A stretch of DNA of 64,000 nucleotides from Myxococcales bacterium (GTDB taxonomy: Bacteria > Myxococcota > Kuafuiibacteriia > Kuafuiibacteriales > Kuafuiibacteriaceae), in the NCBI GenBank assembly GCA_019634385.1, contig JAHQVK010000123.1, forward strand, positions 1,142 to 65,141. The letters run 5' to 3'. Below, piece after piece: positions 1-9,104 of this stretch. The position numbers and the translations under genes are program-made. The stretch's first letter is position 1. Each line of letters opens with the position of its first letter. Below the pieces are notes generated by a model. That model was not told the DNA's origin and made no database searches. It saw nothing but the letters and a program-made list of their open reading frames with translations.

Positions 1-121
1 TGAGGCGGCGCCACGCGAATGGGGCGCCTTCCGGGGGCAGGTTCGTTGGGATGATGATGCGTTTGCGCCTCTAAGCGACGAAGAAATGGCGCTCTGGGAA
101 GGTTCGGCTCCAGCGAAATGA
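1..121 (+). CDS. 3' end of a type II antitoxin (Phd/VapB-like), truncated at the window edge
   Basis: Frame 2 reads ...DDAFAPLSDEEMALWEGSAPAK* and stops at 119-121. The stop overlaps the VapC start (ATGA at 118-121). The C-terminus is antitoxin-like. Confidence 0.45.
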   Translation, partial: EAAPREWGAFRGQVRWDDDAFAPLSDEEMALWEGSAPAK

Positions 122-519
122 CGCCGGTTCTTCTCGATACTCACGTGTTCGTTTGGGCTCTGGCCGAGCCCGCGCGCGTACCGGAGTCGGCCTGGACTCT
201 GCTTCGAGATCCCAGACAGCCTCTTCGCCTAAGCCTTGCGAGCGCTTGGGAGCTTGCCATCAAAGCGAGCGCGGGTCGGATTCACCTTCCGATGCGCGCA
301 GCGGACTTCATCGCGGAAGGCTGTCAGCGAACCGGGGTCGACGTGCTAGGAGTCGAGCTAAGCCACATCGCCGAGCTCGAGCGACTTCCTTGGCATCACC
401 GCGATCCATTCGATAGACTCATCATCGCGCAGGCTCGCGTGGAATCGTTTCGCCTGCTATCGTTCGATGGCGAGTTATCTTGCTACGAATTCAAGAGGGC
501 TCAGGAAACGGATTACTGA
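118..519 (+). CDS. vapC: PIN-domain toxin (VapC family)
   Basis: The ORF opens MTPVLLDTHVFVWAL.. with conserved acidic residues (D at the start, ...SFD near the C-terminus). Its start is coupled to the upstream antitoxin stop by a 4-nt overlap. Confidence 0.75.
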   Translation: MTPVLLDTHVFVWALAEPARVPESAWTLLRDPRQPLRLSLASAWELAIKASAGRIHLPMRAADFIAEGCQRTGVDVLGVELSHIAELERLPWHHRDPFDRLIIAQARVESFRLLSFDGELSCYEFKRAQETDY

Positions 520-645
520 GGCCGTCTTCTTATCTCCGCTGATTGAGGTCTCAGGAAACCCGGAGCGATTCACTCGCTTGCATCCCGCTCATGGAGCAGG
601 CGCGTCTCAGGTTCGAGCCATGGGTAGAACGCCACTTCGACCACT

Positions 646-1704
646 TCAGCCCTCCTCGAAGTAGTCTGAGTCCGGATGGCAGAGCTTGATGGTGCGCTCG
701 ACCGAGACGCCGACCTCGAACTCGACCATGAGCCGGGTGAGCTGCTCGCCGTCGACGAGGACCAGGCTGTCGGATGCGTTGCTTGCGAACTCGACCGCCT
801 CCTTCGTGAATCGCGAGGTCGTGATGAACACTCCCTTGGTCGCGCGGCGGCTGGCGAGGGCGCCGAAGAAGCCCTGGATTTCTGGACGACCGACCGGCCC
901 CTGCCAGCGCTTCGCCTGGATATAGACCTTCTCCAGGCCGAGCCGGTCGAGGGTGATGATGCCATCAATACCGCCGTCACCGCTCTTGCCGGTGTGCTCG
1001 ATAGTGGACGACGTGCCGTAGCCCATCGCCTGCAGCACATCGAGGACGAGCCGCTCGAAGAAATCAGGGCTACCTCGACCGATGGTGTCCAGAAGCTCGG
1101 CCGCGAGTGATGCGTTCAGCTCGGCCACGGCCTGGTCGATGCGTTCTGAGGGCGCTAGCTTCGGTGCGGGTTCCCAGGGGCCGATCGGCTTCGGTGTGGG
1201 TGACCCGTTCGGTTTCGCGGTCGAATCGTCGGCGACCACGGCGAGGTCGCGGACCTCGTCCTCGGTCATGGGGCGGCTGTCGAGCTCGCGAGCTCGGTCC
1301 AGACCGACCGGAGTCAGCCTCCAGAAACCCCGCCGGACGCTTGTGCTCAGACCCGCCCGCTTGAGGCGGTCATGCGCCCAGCCGACGCGGTTGTCGAACA
1401 CGGCTTGGCGGCCGCTCGCGAGGCGCTCTTTGAGGTCTTCGGGCCTGACCGCAATCGCCTCGGCCACCCGGGCTCGGGCTTCGCGGCTCATGAGCCCGTC
1501 TGGACTCCCGCCAAGTGCTCGGAGGAGGGGCTCGATGAGTTGGTCGTAGGTTGGAATCGCCAACGGCTCGAACAGTAGTCGTCCAGACGCTCGTGTCCAC
1601 ACTTGTCGTCCAGAACCCTGAGATCCTACCAGCGGAATCGGGGATTTCCGACGGACGGCGATGCCGCTAGGTCCAGACTCTGGATGCCCGACTTCTCTGC
1701 CCAC
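646..1704 (-). CDS. mrr: Mrr-type restriction endonuclease (Mrr_N winged helix + Mrr catalytic domain); true start probably internal
   Basis: N-terminal ..IPTYDQLIEPLLRAL.. and catalytic-core ..GGIDGIITLDRLGLEKVYIQAKRW.. are hallmarks of Mrr. The long N-terminal extension of the ORF lacks a convincing start. Confidence 0.75.
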   Translation of the reverse strand: MGREVGHPESGPSGIAVRRKSPIPLVGSQGSGRQVWTRASGRLLFEPLAIPTYDQLIEPLLRALGGSPDGLMSREARARVAEAIAVRPEDLKERLASGRQAVFDNRVGWAHDRLKRAGLSTSVRRGFWRLTPVGLDRARELDSRPMTEDEVRDLAVVADDSTAKPNGSPTPKPIGPWEPAPKLAPSERIDQAVAELNASLAAELLDTIGRGSPDFFERLVLDVLQAMGYGTSSTIEHTGKSGDGGIDGIITLDRLGLEKVYIQAKRWQGPVGRPEIQGFFGALASRRATKGVFITTSRFTKEAVEFASNASDSLVLVDGEQLTRLMVEFEVGVSVERTIKLCHPDSDYFEEG

Positions 1705-1904
1705 CCGTCGAAGCGCCGCGTTCTAGAGGCGTTGTCCAGAGTCGACCTCGCCGCGATCGTCGATGCCTACAGCCTCGAGGCCGACAAGCGTTCGAAGACC
1801 GCGATTCTGGACGCTCTGGACACCCTCCGCTCCAGATCGCGGTCAGCGGGCTCTCGACTTCGACTCGGTCGCGCGCGAGCCCACGAATCCAGACCTCCTC
1901 GAGC

Positions 1905-2636
1905 GTGACGGTTCGAAGCGGTTGGCAACGTTCGTCCTTGAGTCCGTCCGAGGATTGCGCGAAGGAAGCGGGCGATGTGCTCGCTCATCGCCTCCCTCTT
2001 CGCGGCGCGACCCTCTTCAACTTTCACGTCCGGGCTCAGATGCTGGACGTGGGGGTAGAGCTGTCCATGCCGTGTATGGACGCGGTGCCGCGCTGGGAGG
2101 CCCTGTGGAGGAAGTACGGGAAGAAGTGGCTCCGGCTCGTTGTGGCTCCGGCTCGTTGTGGCTGCGGTGAGGGACGACGAGGAGCTCTGCACGGACCTGC
2201 CGTGGACCCCGGACCGGGTGGTCTGCGATACCGAGGGCGCCCTCTCCGAGCGTTTCGGAGCGAAGGAACTGCCCTCCGCTTTTCTGTGGAACTGGCAGGG
2301 CCACCTGCTCGCGAGCAGCTGCGCCTCGGCCTGCTTTTGGCGGAGAGCCATTGCCGCACCTGCAACGTATACCCATGGGGGAAGGCAAAGCCTACGGCTC
2401 GTCGAGCTAGATTCGACCAAGACTGGAGTGCAGGCACGAAGAAGGTGAAGTCGCATCCAGTGGGAGCAAATGGTCTATACGATATGGCGGGCAACGTCTG
2501 GGAGTTGGTGGAAGATTGCTACGATAGTGACATTTACAACAGTCGTAGTGGCACAGTGACAAGCAACCCCCATCTCCAGCCCAAAGGCTACTCAACTTCC
2601 CGAGGTATCAAACCACTCGTTCCGGCGCTCGTATGA
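1905..2636 (+). pseudogene. Fragmented thioredoxin-like (TlpA/redoxin) + FGE-sulfatase (SUMF1) domain gene, disrupted by frameshifts
   Basis: Frame 0 carries ..SMPCMDAVPRWEALWRKYGKKWLRLVV.., a redoxin CxxC region. After a 16-bp tandem duplication the reading continues in frame 1 (ORF 2140..2448: VVAAVRDDEEL...ELPSAFLWNWQGHLL). Frame 0 later carries ..YPWGKA...HPVGANGLYDMAGNVWELVEDCY.., the C-terminal end of an FGE domain. Only fragments of each domain are present. Confidence 0.45.
2126..2163. repeat. Perfect 16-bp tandem duplication (gtggctccggctcgtt x2 plus a partial third copy) inside the broken redoxin gene
   Basis: Read directly from the sequence at 2126-2141 and 2142-2157; gtggct follows. 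The unit length of 16 is not a multiple of 3, so it shifts the frame. Confidence 0.9.
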
Positions 2637-2847
2637 AAATCTACTTCTGCAATCAGGGGTAGATGGCCTGCTGGTACGACGATCCTTAGCCGGATGGCGA
2701 ACGGACACGGCCCAAGCCATTTACGCAGGAATTGATCCATCCGAGCGAATCGAAGCGGCAAAACGGCTTGATCGGCTACTCATTGGAAAACGGTTACCCG
2801 AAACGGTTACCCGAGAGAAAGCCGCCGACATAACCGTTGATGACTAA
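2560..2847 (+). pseudogene. C-terminal remnant of a tyrosine recombinase/integrase (no start codon, about 95 codons)
   Basis: Frame 1 reads ..NHSFRRSYENLLLQSGVDGLLVRRSLAGWRTDTAQAIYAGIDPSERIEAAKRL..*. This matches the box II / C-terminal pattern of integrases (HxLRHTfat.LLesGVDl..vqelLGH.....t..YthV.perlreA). It stops at 2845-2847, 36 nt from the tRNA-Gly 3' end. Confidence 0.4.
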
Positions 2848-2882
2848 ATCGTATATGTCTAGAATTAGAGGTAAAATGGTTA

Positions 2883-2955
2883 AGCGGGAAACGGGACTCG
2901 AACCCGCGACGTCAACCTTGGGAAGGTTGCACTCTACCAACTGAGTTATTCCCGC
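2883..2955 (-). tRNA. tRNA-Gly (anticodon CCC)
   Basis: The reverse complement reads GCGGGAATAACTCAGTTGGTAGAGTGCAACCTTCCCAAGGTTGACGTCGCGGGTTCGAGTCCCGTTTCCCGCT. It has a 7-bp acceptor stem, D and T arms (GGTTCGAGTCC), and an anticodon loop cTTCCCAAg. Confidence 0.85.
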
Positions 2956-3067
2956 GAAGAGCCGTAACTTCCTGTAAACTGTGAGCTCTTGTCAAGAGCC
3001 TACAAGCGGTGACTCCGATTCTTGTGGGAGTTTGGTGGGTTGTACGGTTATACCTGGGGCAACGAGG

Positions 3068-4729
3068 CTACTGAAATGATAAGTCAAAGTCGATTCGGTT
3101 GAGGGCGGTGGCTTCCTCGGTGAGATCTGCCTGGGTGAGTGGGTGCTCATCTAGCCAGCCCTCTGGGAAGGAGAGGCTGAGATGACCTTCTTTAGCTTCT
3201 GTCACCTGGGGTTGGGGGCTTCCATTGTCTCCGCGAGCACGGTTTAGGAGGATAGCTAGACGGAGGAGCACGGTCAGCTCTTGGGCAAATAAACGAAGGT
3301 CAATAGGGAGGCGCTCGTAGGGCTTGAGGCGAAACCTTCGTCTTTGGTTCTCCAGAAGGGTGGCGAGCATGTTCTTTTGCTCTCTCGAGAAACCGGGCAT
3401 TTCGGAGTGACGTACCAAGTATCCGGCATGCTTGTGGTGGCCCGAATAGGAAATTGATAAGCCAATTTCGTGAAGTAAAGATGCCCAGCGTAGAAATTTC
3501 TCACTACGCTGTTGATGCATATCCCATAGGCTTAGAACTTGGTTTAAGAGTTCTAAGGCCGTCTTTTCTACCTTGCCAGCATGTTCCAAATCTACCTTAT
3601 ATCGTTTGGCAAAGACGTTGACCGTTTCGTCATGGACGCCACCTTTGCTTGCTCTACCAAGAAGTTCGTAGGCGACACCCTCTCGTAGGGCCCCCTCAGA
3701 TACATCCATGACCGAAATATCTAAGATAGTAAATGCGGCGCGTACAATGGCTACGCCACCAGCGAAGACTGGGGCGCGATCGGAATCAAGTCCCTGAAGC
3801 TGTATCTTATCTGCTCGCTTGGTTTGGATAAGTTCAGTTTTTAGTTTGTTGAGACCCTCTAAGGTTATGCCTTCGTGGCTCCAATTATGTGCTCTGAGGA
3901 CAGAGTCTACCGCCTTGAGTGTTCCGGATGAACCAGTGGCTCGCGTCCATCCTAGTCTTTTGTATCGACCGCTGATGGATAATATTTCTCGTTGAGCGGC
4001 TAACTCTGCTGCGCGGAAACTTTTCTCGGTGATACGGCCCTTGGGAAAGTAGTTTTTTGTAAAACTAACACACCCCATATATAAACTATCTCGAAGCTTT
4101 GGTGCTAAGCCTTCACCAATAATAAACTCGGTTGATCCTCCACCAATATCCATAACCATGCGAGGGCCCTCATAGTAGCTTGATTGAGATACACCTAAAT
4201 ATATGAGGCGAGCTTCCTCAGGGCCACTAATAATATCGATCTCGTGTCCCAGGGCCTCTTGGGCGCGCTCTAAAAAGTCTTCGCCATTTTTGATCTGGCG
4301 CATGGTATTCGTGCCTACCGCTCGAACTGCTGCGTCGGGAAGGTCTTTGAGACGCTGCGCAAAACGCTCAAGCGCTTCGATGGCTCGCTCTTGAGCTGGT
4401 TCTTCGAGTTCGCGGTCTTTCGTTAGACCAGCGGCCAATCGAACCGGTGATTTGATCTTGTCGAGCACATGCACCCTACCGTCTGCCTCCTCTCGTACCA
4501 AAACCATGTGAAAGCTGTTGGAACCGAGATCGATTCCGGCGACCACGAGTGTATCGTGCCCTTCTTGGGAAGGTTGGTTTGCGTAGAATCCGAACGACCG
4601 AGCTTTCGGATTCGGAAGGGCCAACGAATGTTGCAAGCGAGTCCGAAAGGATCGGAGCCGCGCCCCGCGAATGCGGGGTTGCCATATACCGCCTAGGAGT
4701 TGAGCCCATCCCCGCGTACTCTGAGACAT
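3068..4729 (-). CDS. ppx: Ppx/GppA exopolyphosphatase / guanosine pentaphosphate phosphohydrolase with C-terminal HD domain
   Basis: It carries ..VAGIDLGSNSFHMVLV.. (ASKHA fold, Ppx/GppA N-terminus) and ..HEIGLSISYSGHHKHAGYLVRHSEMPGF.. (HD domain). The start is probably internal to the ORF. Confidence 0.8.
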   Translation of the reverse strand: MSQSTRGWAQLLGGIWQPRIRGARLRSFRTRLQHSLALPNPKARSFGFYANQPSQEGHDTLVVAGIDLGSNSFHMVLVREEADGRVHVLDKIKSPVRLAAGLTKDRELEEPAQERAIEALERFAQRLKDLPDAAVRAVGTNTMRQIKNGEDFLERAQEALGHEIDIISGPEEARLIYLGVSQSSYYEGPRMVMDIGGGSTEFIIGEGLAPKLRDSLYMGCVSFTKNYFPKGRITEKSFRAAELAAQREILSISGRYKRLGWTRATGSSGTLKAVDSVLRAHNWSHEGITLEGLNKLKTELIQTKRADKIQLQGLDSDRAPVFAGGVAIVRAAFTILDISVMDVSEGALREGVAYELLGRASKGGVHDETVNVFAKRYKVDLEHAGKVEKTALELLNQVLSLWDMHQQRSEKFLRWASLLHEIGLSISYSGHHKHAGYLVRHSEMPGFSREQKNMLATLLENQRRRFRLKPYERLPIDLRLFAQELTVLLRLAILLNRARGDNGSPQPQVTEAKEGHLSLSFPEGWLDEHPLTQADLTEEATALNRIDFDLSFQ

Positions 4730-4874
4730 CCGGTGCGGCTTATAGGCGGTTCGTCCCTAGCAAGCCAGCAAAGGTTACAATTTTGGGAAGGTGGTCACAC
4801 GTGAGGATAACGATATTCATCATGAAGGAGAAATGAATACTTTCAGCGAGGTGGTGACTAATTGTTGGGAGATA

Positions 4875-6140
4875 CTACACCTCCTCCAAAATGGACTCGA
4901 GAAGTTGTTGGGCGGGGGTGAAACGAGGGTCAAGTTCGAGGGCCGCTCGAGCTTCAGCGAGTGCTCGTTGTGACATCTTTTGGGCATGTAAGCAGGAAGC
5001 GAGATAGTAACGAACTTGCGCTTCCCGGGGAAAAACAACCTTTGCTTGTTCGAGCAGTGCCCGGGCGGCGACATAGTCTTGTTCTCGGATTCGCAAGAGA
5101 CCGAGATTGACCAGAGCGGCACCGTTTTCGGGTTCGAGTTGAAGTGCCATATGTAGATCTGCCTCAGCTTCCTGGTGAAGGTTGAGTTCCAATGCGGCTG
5201 CACCCCGACTGGCGAGGATAAACGCCTGGCCAGGGGCGAGGGTGTCCATACGGTTAAGCACTGCGCGCTGAGCTTTGAATCGCTGAAGCAATCCAAGGCC
5301 CACGCGGGCTTCTTCAAGTTCGTTGAGGTCCTCAGTTTCCGTACTAAGTACCTCTTTCTCCAGTTCTTCGAGTCGCTCCTGATTTTCTACCTGATCATAA
5401 AGCCGCATCAGCGCGATTCGAGGTGACATCCGGCCGGGGCGAAGCTCGAGCCATCGCTCCGCGATTTCGATCGCCTCGCCGAGTTGACCGCGTTGCTCCA
5501 AGCGTTGGATGGTGTGCTCTGTCCAATAGTCTGAAATCACCGTGATACCCGAAGGCGAAGGCTCTGTTACCTCGGTCTCTCCTTCCGTTGCATCCAGGGG
5601 ATCTCCCTCTTTCCAGGAAGCATAACCGGGCATGTCAGACCAATGATTTGGGGAACGTAATGGATCGGCCACGTCACCAGGCATTTCCCACGCGTCGGAC
5701 AGGGCACCAACCAGTCGACGGAGTGCCTGGCAGGCCCCTTCCGCAGATCCCCAGTGCGCTGTGCGTTCTTCGATCCATTGATCGTGAGCTTCAGTTTCGG
5801 TGAAAGCCTTTCCATCTTCAAAAGCAGCAGCTGGTAAAAGAGACTGCCCACCTACATGCGCGAGTAAGCCCCGGGACCACAGGTCGATACGGAGAAACCG
5901 CTCGACTTCTACCCTTTCAGGCTCGGGCAGACCACGCGACCACGCCTCTCTGGTCACGATGGTTGCGAGGGCATCGCCGCTCACCTCGTGCAGAATTCGA
6001 GCAACAACCGCGAGTCCCAATCCACCCATTGGATCAAGTTCGGTCGACCACAGGGCATACCATGCAGCATCCCGGGTTTCGCCAAGAGCGAGAGCGCGAC
6101 GCGCCCGGCGAGCAGCTTTGAGTGCACGAGCCGCTTTCAT
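4875..6140 (-). CDS. Tetratricopeptide-repeat protein
   Basis: Repeated TPR-like helical motifs occur throughout (..ALQLEPENGAALVNLGLLRIREQDYVAARALLEQA..). There is no other domain. Confidence 0.55.
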   Translation of the reverse strand: MKAARALKAARRARRALALGETRDAAWYALWSTELDPMGGLGLAVVARILHEVSGDALATIVTREAWSRGLPEPERVEVERFLRIDLWSRGLLAHVGGQSLLPAAAFEDGKAFTETEAHDQWIEERTAHWGSAEGACQALRRLVGALSDAWEMPGDVADPLRSPNHWSDMPGYASWKEGDPLDATEGETEVTEPSPSGITVISDYWTEHTIQRLEQRGQLGEAIEIAERWLELRPGRMSPRIALMRLYDQVENQERLEELEKEVLSTETEDLNELEEARVGLGLLQRFKAQRAVLNRMDTLAPGQAFILASRGAAALELNLHQEAEADLHMALQLEPENGAALVNLGLLRIREQDYVAARALLEQAKVVFPREAQVRYYLASCLHAQKMSQRALAEARAALELDPRFTPAQQLLESILEEV

Positions 6141-6179
6141 AAGTTTGACGATGCGCCTGGAGCGAGGCGGCGTCTACAA

Positions 6180-7133
6180 CTAAGACTGACGAGGATCAAA
6201 GGTGCTTATTGTTCTGAGATGCTCAAAAGCTTCCCGCTCTTCTTCGGTAAGTATGGTGGGTACCGCAATTTGAATCTGGACATACAAATCTCCGGGCTCT
6301 CCATCCCGCCCTGGTTTTTGTGGAATACCTTGTCCCCGTAGTCGTAGTTTTTGCCCAGATGAGGTCCCAGCGGGGATTTTGATGCGTAATGAGCCCTTGG
6401 GTAAGGGTATATCGACCTCTGCACCCAGGGCTGCCTCCCATGGGTTTATATGGACACTTGTGCGCACATCTCGACCTTCGACATCAACGCCCTCGGGGGT
6501 TTCTAATCGAAGAATGACGGTGACTTCAGGGTCTTTCAGCTTTAGCCTGTCTCCGTTTTTTGCACCTTTAGGTACTTTTAAACGAAAGTTATGCGCCTGT
6601 TTAAGCCCTCTAGCATTGGGCAGCTCCACGGCCATATCAATCGTGGTACCGGTGTATGCATGTTCTAAGGGGAGGGTGAGATGCACCTCGGGCACCTTTT
6701 TGCTGCGAGGCTTGGGTGGCGGGTTGCTGTTCGTTCGACGTCGGGTGCGTTGGCGTAGAAAATCGTCAAAGGGGTTTCGGAGGTCGTCGCGGCCTACGCG
6801 GATGTCATCAAAGCCAAAGTCGGTAAAGGGAGTACTGCCAGTATCAGCGCGTCGACGCTTCTTGTTGTTTTTTGAGGAGCGTGAGCCCCCGGTCTTGCCA
6901 AACGCATCATACCGAGCGCGTTTTGCCTCGTCGCGAAGTAGTTCATAGGCATCGACAAGCTCGCGAAATCGCTCCTCGGCATCAGCGGCATGGTTGACGT
7001 CGGGATGAAGCTCCCGCGCCTTACGCTTATAAGCCGCCTGAATCTCAGCCTGAGTGGCTGTCGAGTTGACGCCTAGGGTGGTGTAAGGGTCCTTATGCAT
7101 CGTAAGCGCGTGATGGACAGTGCTTGGTGGCAC
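6180..7133 (-). CDS. cbpA: DnaJ-family co-chaperone lacking a zinc finger (CbpA-like: J domain + DnaJ C-terminal domains)
   Basis: The J domain reads DPYTTLGVNSTATQAEIQAAYKRKARELHPDVN and is followed by a basic linker. The C-terminal beta-sandwich motifs (GDLYVQIQIAVP..) match the DnaJ CTD. Confidence 0.75.
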   Translation of the reverse strand: MPPSTVHHALTMHKDPYTTLGVNSTATQAEIQAAYKRKARELHPDVNHAADAEERFRELVDAYELLRDEAKRARYDAFGKTGGSRSSKNNKKRRRADTGSTPFTDFGFDDIRVGRDDLRNPFDDFLRQRTRRRTNSNPPPKPRSKKVPEVHLTLPLEHAYTGTTIDMAVELPNARGLKQAHNFRLKVPKGAKNGDRLKLKDPEVTVILRLETPEGVDVEGRDVRTSVHINPWEAALGAEVDIPLPKGSLRIKIPAGTSSGQKLRLRGQGIPQKPGRDGEPGDLYVQIQIAVPTILTEEEREAFEHLRTISTFDPRQS

Positions 7134-7322
7134 CGTGTTCGACTAACTACTGCAAATGTCGGTCAAAAAAAACTCTGGTGTGAATGAATGCGTATGCTCT
7201 TTGCGGTTAATGGTGTGTGTGACCCTTACTTGTGTTGGGTTTGGCGGAAGTGCTCATCGTCAGGCTATTTACCGAGGATCTTGCACTCTCTGGGATAAAT
7301 TCTAGGGAAACCTCAGGCGACT

Positions 7323-8891
7323 TTGACAGTTTTTCTCGCAGATATTGAAGATGTGTCCATGCTGCGGAAGGCGAGCCTGGACAATGAAAAGCTGAGGGAC
7401 GAAGCACGTTTCATCCTCAAAAATCTTCAGCGTAATGACCTCTTTGGGGATCGGGTCCAAATGTCGGAAGCGGAACGAATCCTTCAATCAGCCCTGAGTC
7501 TCAGCTTTCAGGAGTTCATCAGCTTTCTTACGAAATATGGGTACGTCCGACTCGATTCTGACGGGCAGGTGCTCACAGTGACCCGTGGGGGACGGATGGT
7601 AGTGGACTCCGAAGATGCCGAGTTCTTTTCCAGACTTGCGAGGCACTTTGCTCGGGAGGTCAATGGGGGATCAAGACCTAAGCCCATAGATACTACCAGC
7701 TCGGTGATTCCAAACTACACGGAAGCGGTAAGTTCTGTCCCGCGGACCCGGCGGCCGCTGTCGGTTGATGCCCTTGAAGAGGGTGAGGTTTTAGATAGAC
7801 GGTACCAGCGAGGCGCCGCGATTGGCCGTGGAGCGATCGGTGTAGTGTACCAAGGGCGACATGTGGGTCTTGGGCGCCAGATTGCCATAAAAGAGGCGCA
7901 GACAATCTTTCAGTATGCAAGTTACCTACGTAGGGACGAAATTGTCCAACGCTTGCGTATGGCGGTGGAAACCCATGCGCAACTAGAGCATCCCCACATC
8001 ATACAGATATTGGATCAGAATGATGAACGCGAGCATCCATATTTCGTAATGGAATTGGCTCAGGGGGGGAATCTACGACAGCGACTGACCGCATCGGAGC
8101 AAGATCCACCGAGTCTACCCACGGCGGTTCGAGTGTTGACTCAGGTAGTCTATGCGCTCCAGTACGCGCACAATCTAGGGGTTGTCCACCGAGGGTTAAA
8201 GCCTGAAAACATACTTTTTGACCATTTGGGTAATGTGAAAATGACAGACTTTGGCATGGCTAGTATTCTCGACCAACCGGAAGATATAGGGCCTGCTCCG
8301 CTCTTGGTTGGCGGTAATACGGTGGCTTATTTTGCCCCCGAGCGGTTGCAAGTAGATGTGGTCAGCACCCCGGGTGAAGCAGCGGATATATATGCACTGG
8401 GCATTCTTTTCTATGAGATGCTCACTGGGAAGATTCCTGGACGACGATCACCACTGCCTTCAGAGGTTCGAGATGACGTGCCCGTCGCTTTTGATGAAGT
8501 ATTCGATCGTATGACTCGTGACTCACTGAGTGAACGCTACGCCAACATGAGTGAAGTGCTAGACGGGGTGTATCAAGCTTTTGGTCGTGAGCTACTATTC
8601 GAGTCAGGCTCCATCCTTGCTTGGGCAAAAGACCCAGGCCCCGTTCCATCGGTGCCTCTACAACTGACGGCGCCGGGTGTACCGATTGCGGATGAATTGC
8701 TTGATATGAGCGGTTCGCAGGTCGATTCATTGAATTCAGGACCAATGACCCTAGATATTGGAAGGGGGATGGCAAGCCTAACCTCAGTCGCCATAGTCGA
8801 ATCAGCCTCGGATGTAGCAAAGGATCTGCCTATTGATGTGCGATCTGTAAGTAGACAGGCTCTTCCACCACCTCCCCCCGTGGACAACTAA
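7323..8891 (+). CDS. Hanks-type Ser/Thr protein kinase homologue with HRD changed to HRG (predicted pseudokinase) and an N-terminal domain of unknown function
   Basis: It has a Gly loop IGRGAIGVVY, a VAIK-like IAIKE and DFG (TDFGMA). The catalytic loop reads VVHRGLKPENILFD: the codon is ggg where gat/gac is expected. Confidence 0.75.
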   Translation: MTVFLADIEDVSMLRKASLDNEKLRDEARFILKNLQRNDLFGDRVQMSEAERILQSALSLSFQEFISFLTKYGYVRLDSDGQVLTVTRGGRMVVDSEDAEFFSRLARHFAREVNGGSRPKPIDTTSSVIPNYTEAVSSVPRTRRPLSVDALEEGEVLDRRYQRGAAIGRGAIGVVYQGRHVGLGRQIAIKEAQTIFQYASYLRRDEIVQRLRMAVETHAQLEHPHIIQILDQNDEREHPYFVMELAQGGNLRQRLTASEQDPPSLPTAVRVLTQVVYALQYAHNLGVVHRGLKPENILFDHLGNVKMTDFGMASILDQPEDIGPAPLLVGGNTVAYFAPERLQVDVVSTPGEAADIYALGILFYEMLTGKIPGRRSPLPSEVRDDVPVAFDEVFDRMTRDSLSERYANMSEVLDGVYQAFGRELLFESGSILAWAKDPGPVPSVPLQLTAPGVPIADELLDMSGSQVDSLNSGPMTLDIGRGMASLTSVAIVESASDVAKDLPIDVRSVSRQALPPPPPVDN

Positions 8892-8916
8892 CCAAAGCGT
8901 TTTGATAGACACTAGC

Positions 8917-9104
8917 TAGGGCGTATCTTTAAACTCTGGCTGGGGAGATGACGCCGTATCCCGCGTTTGTGAAGGGTCGGCCCCCAGAGGAAGGGTACTG
9001 GATCTGCCGGGCCGAAGAGCCCGAAGGGTGGCGAAGCCACCGACCCCTCACATATGTGGGAAACAAGTCAGGACGCGGTCCGGAGGTTAAAGACACACCC
9101 TACA
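8917..9104. mobile_element. Family-A palindromic repeat element (MITE-like), copy A1
   Basis: It starts ctagggcgtatctttaaactctgg and ends ccggaggttaaagacacaccctac, so the two ends are inverted repeats of each other. The interior is an imperfect foldback. It is homologous to copies at 12635, 23023, 31383, 40743, 41222 and 48296. Confidence 0.85.

Noticed and set aside
570-1549. Overlapping ORFs 570..1040(-), 676..1110(+) and 1082..1549(+) within the mrr gene.
   Set aside because: They are Arg/Ser/Ala-rich translations typical of off-frame GC-rich coding DNA. The mrr frame has a clear catalytic motif.
2140-2448. ORFs 2140..2448, 1763..2170, 2017..2388(-) and 2036..2494(-) as independent genes.
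   Set aside because: They are alternative frames of one frameshifted redoxin/FGE pseudogene. The minus-strand ORFs are GC-driven.
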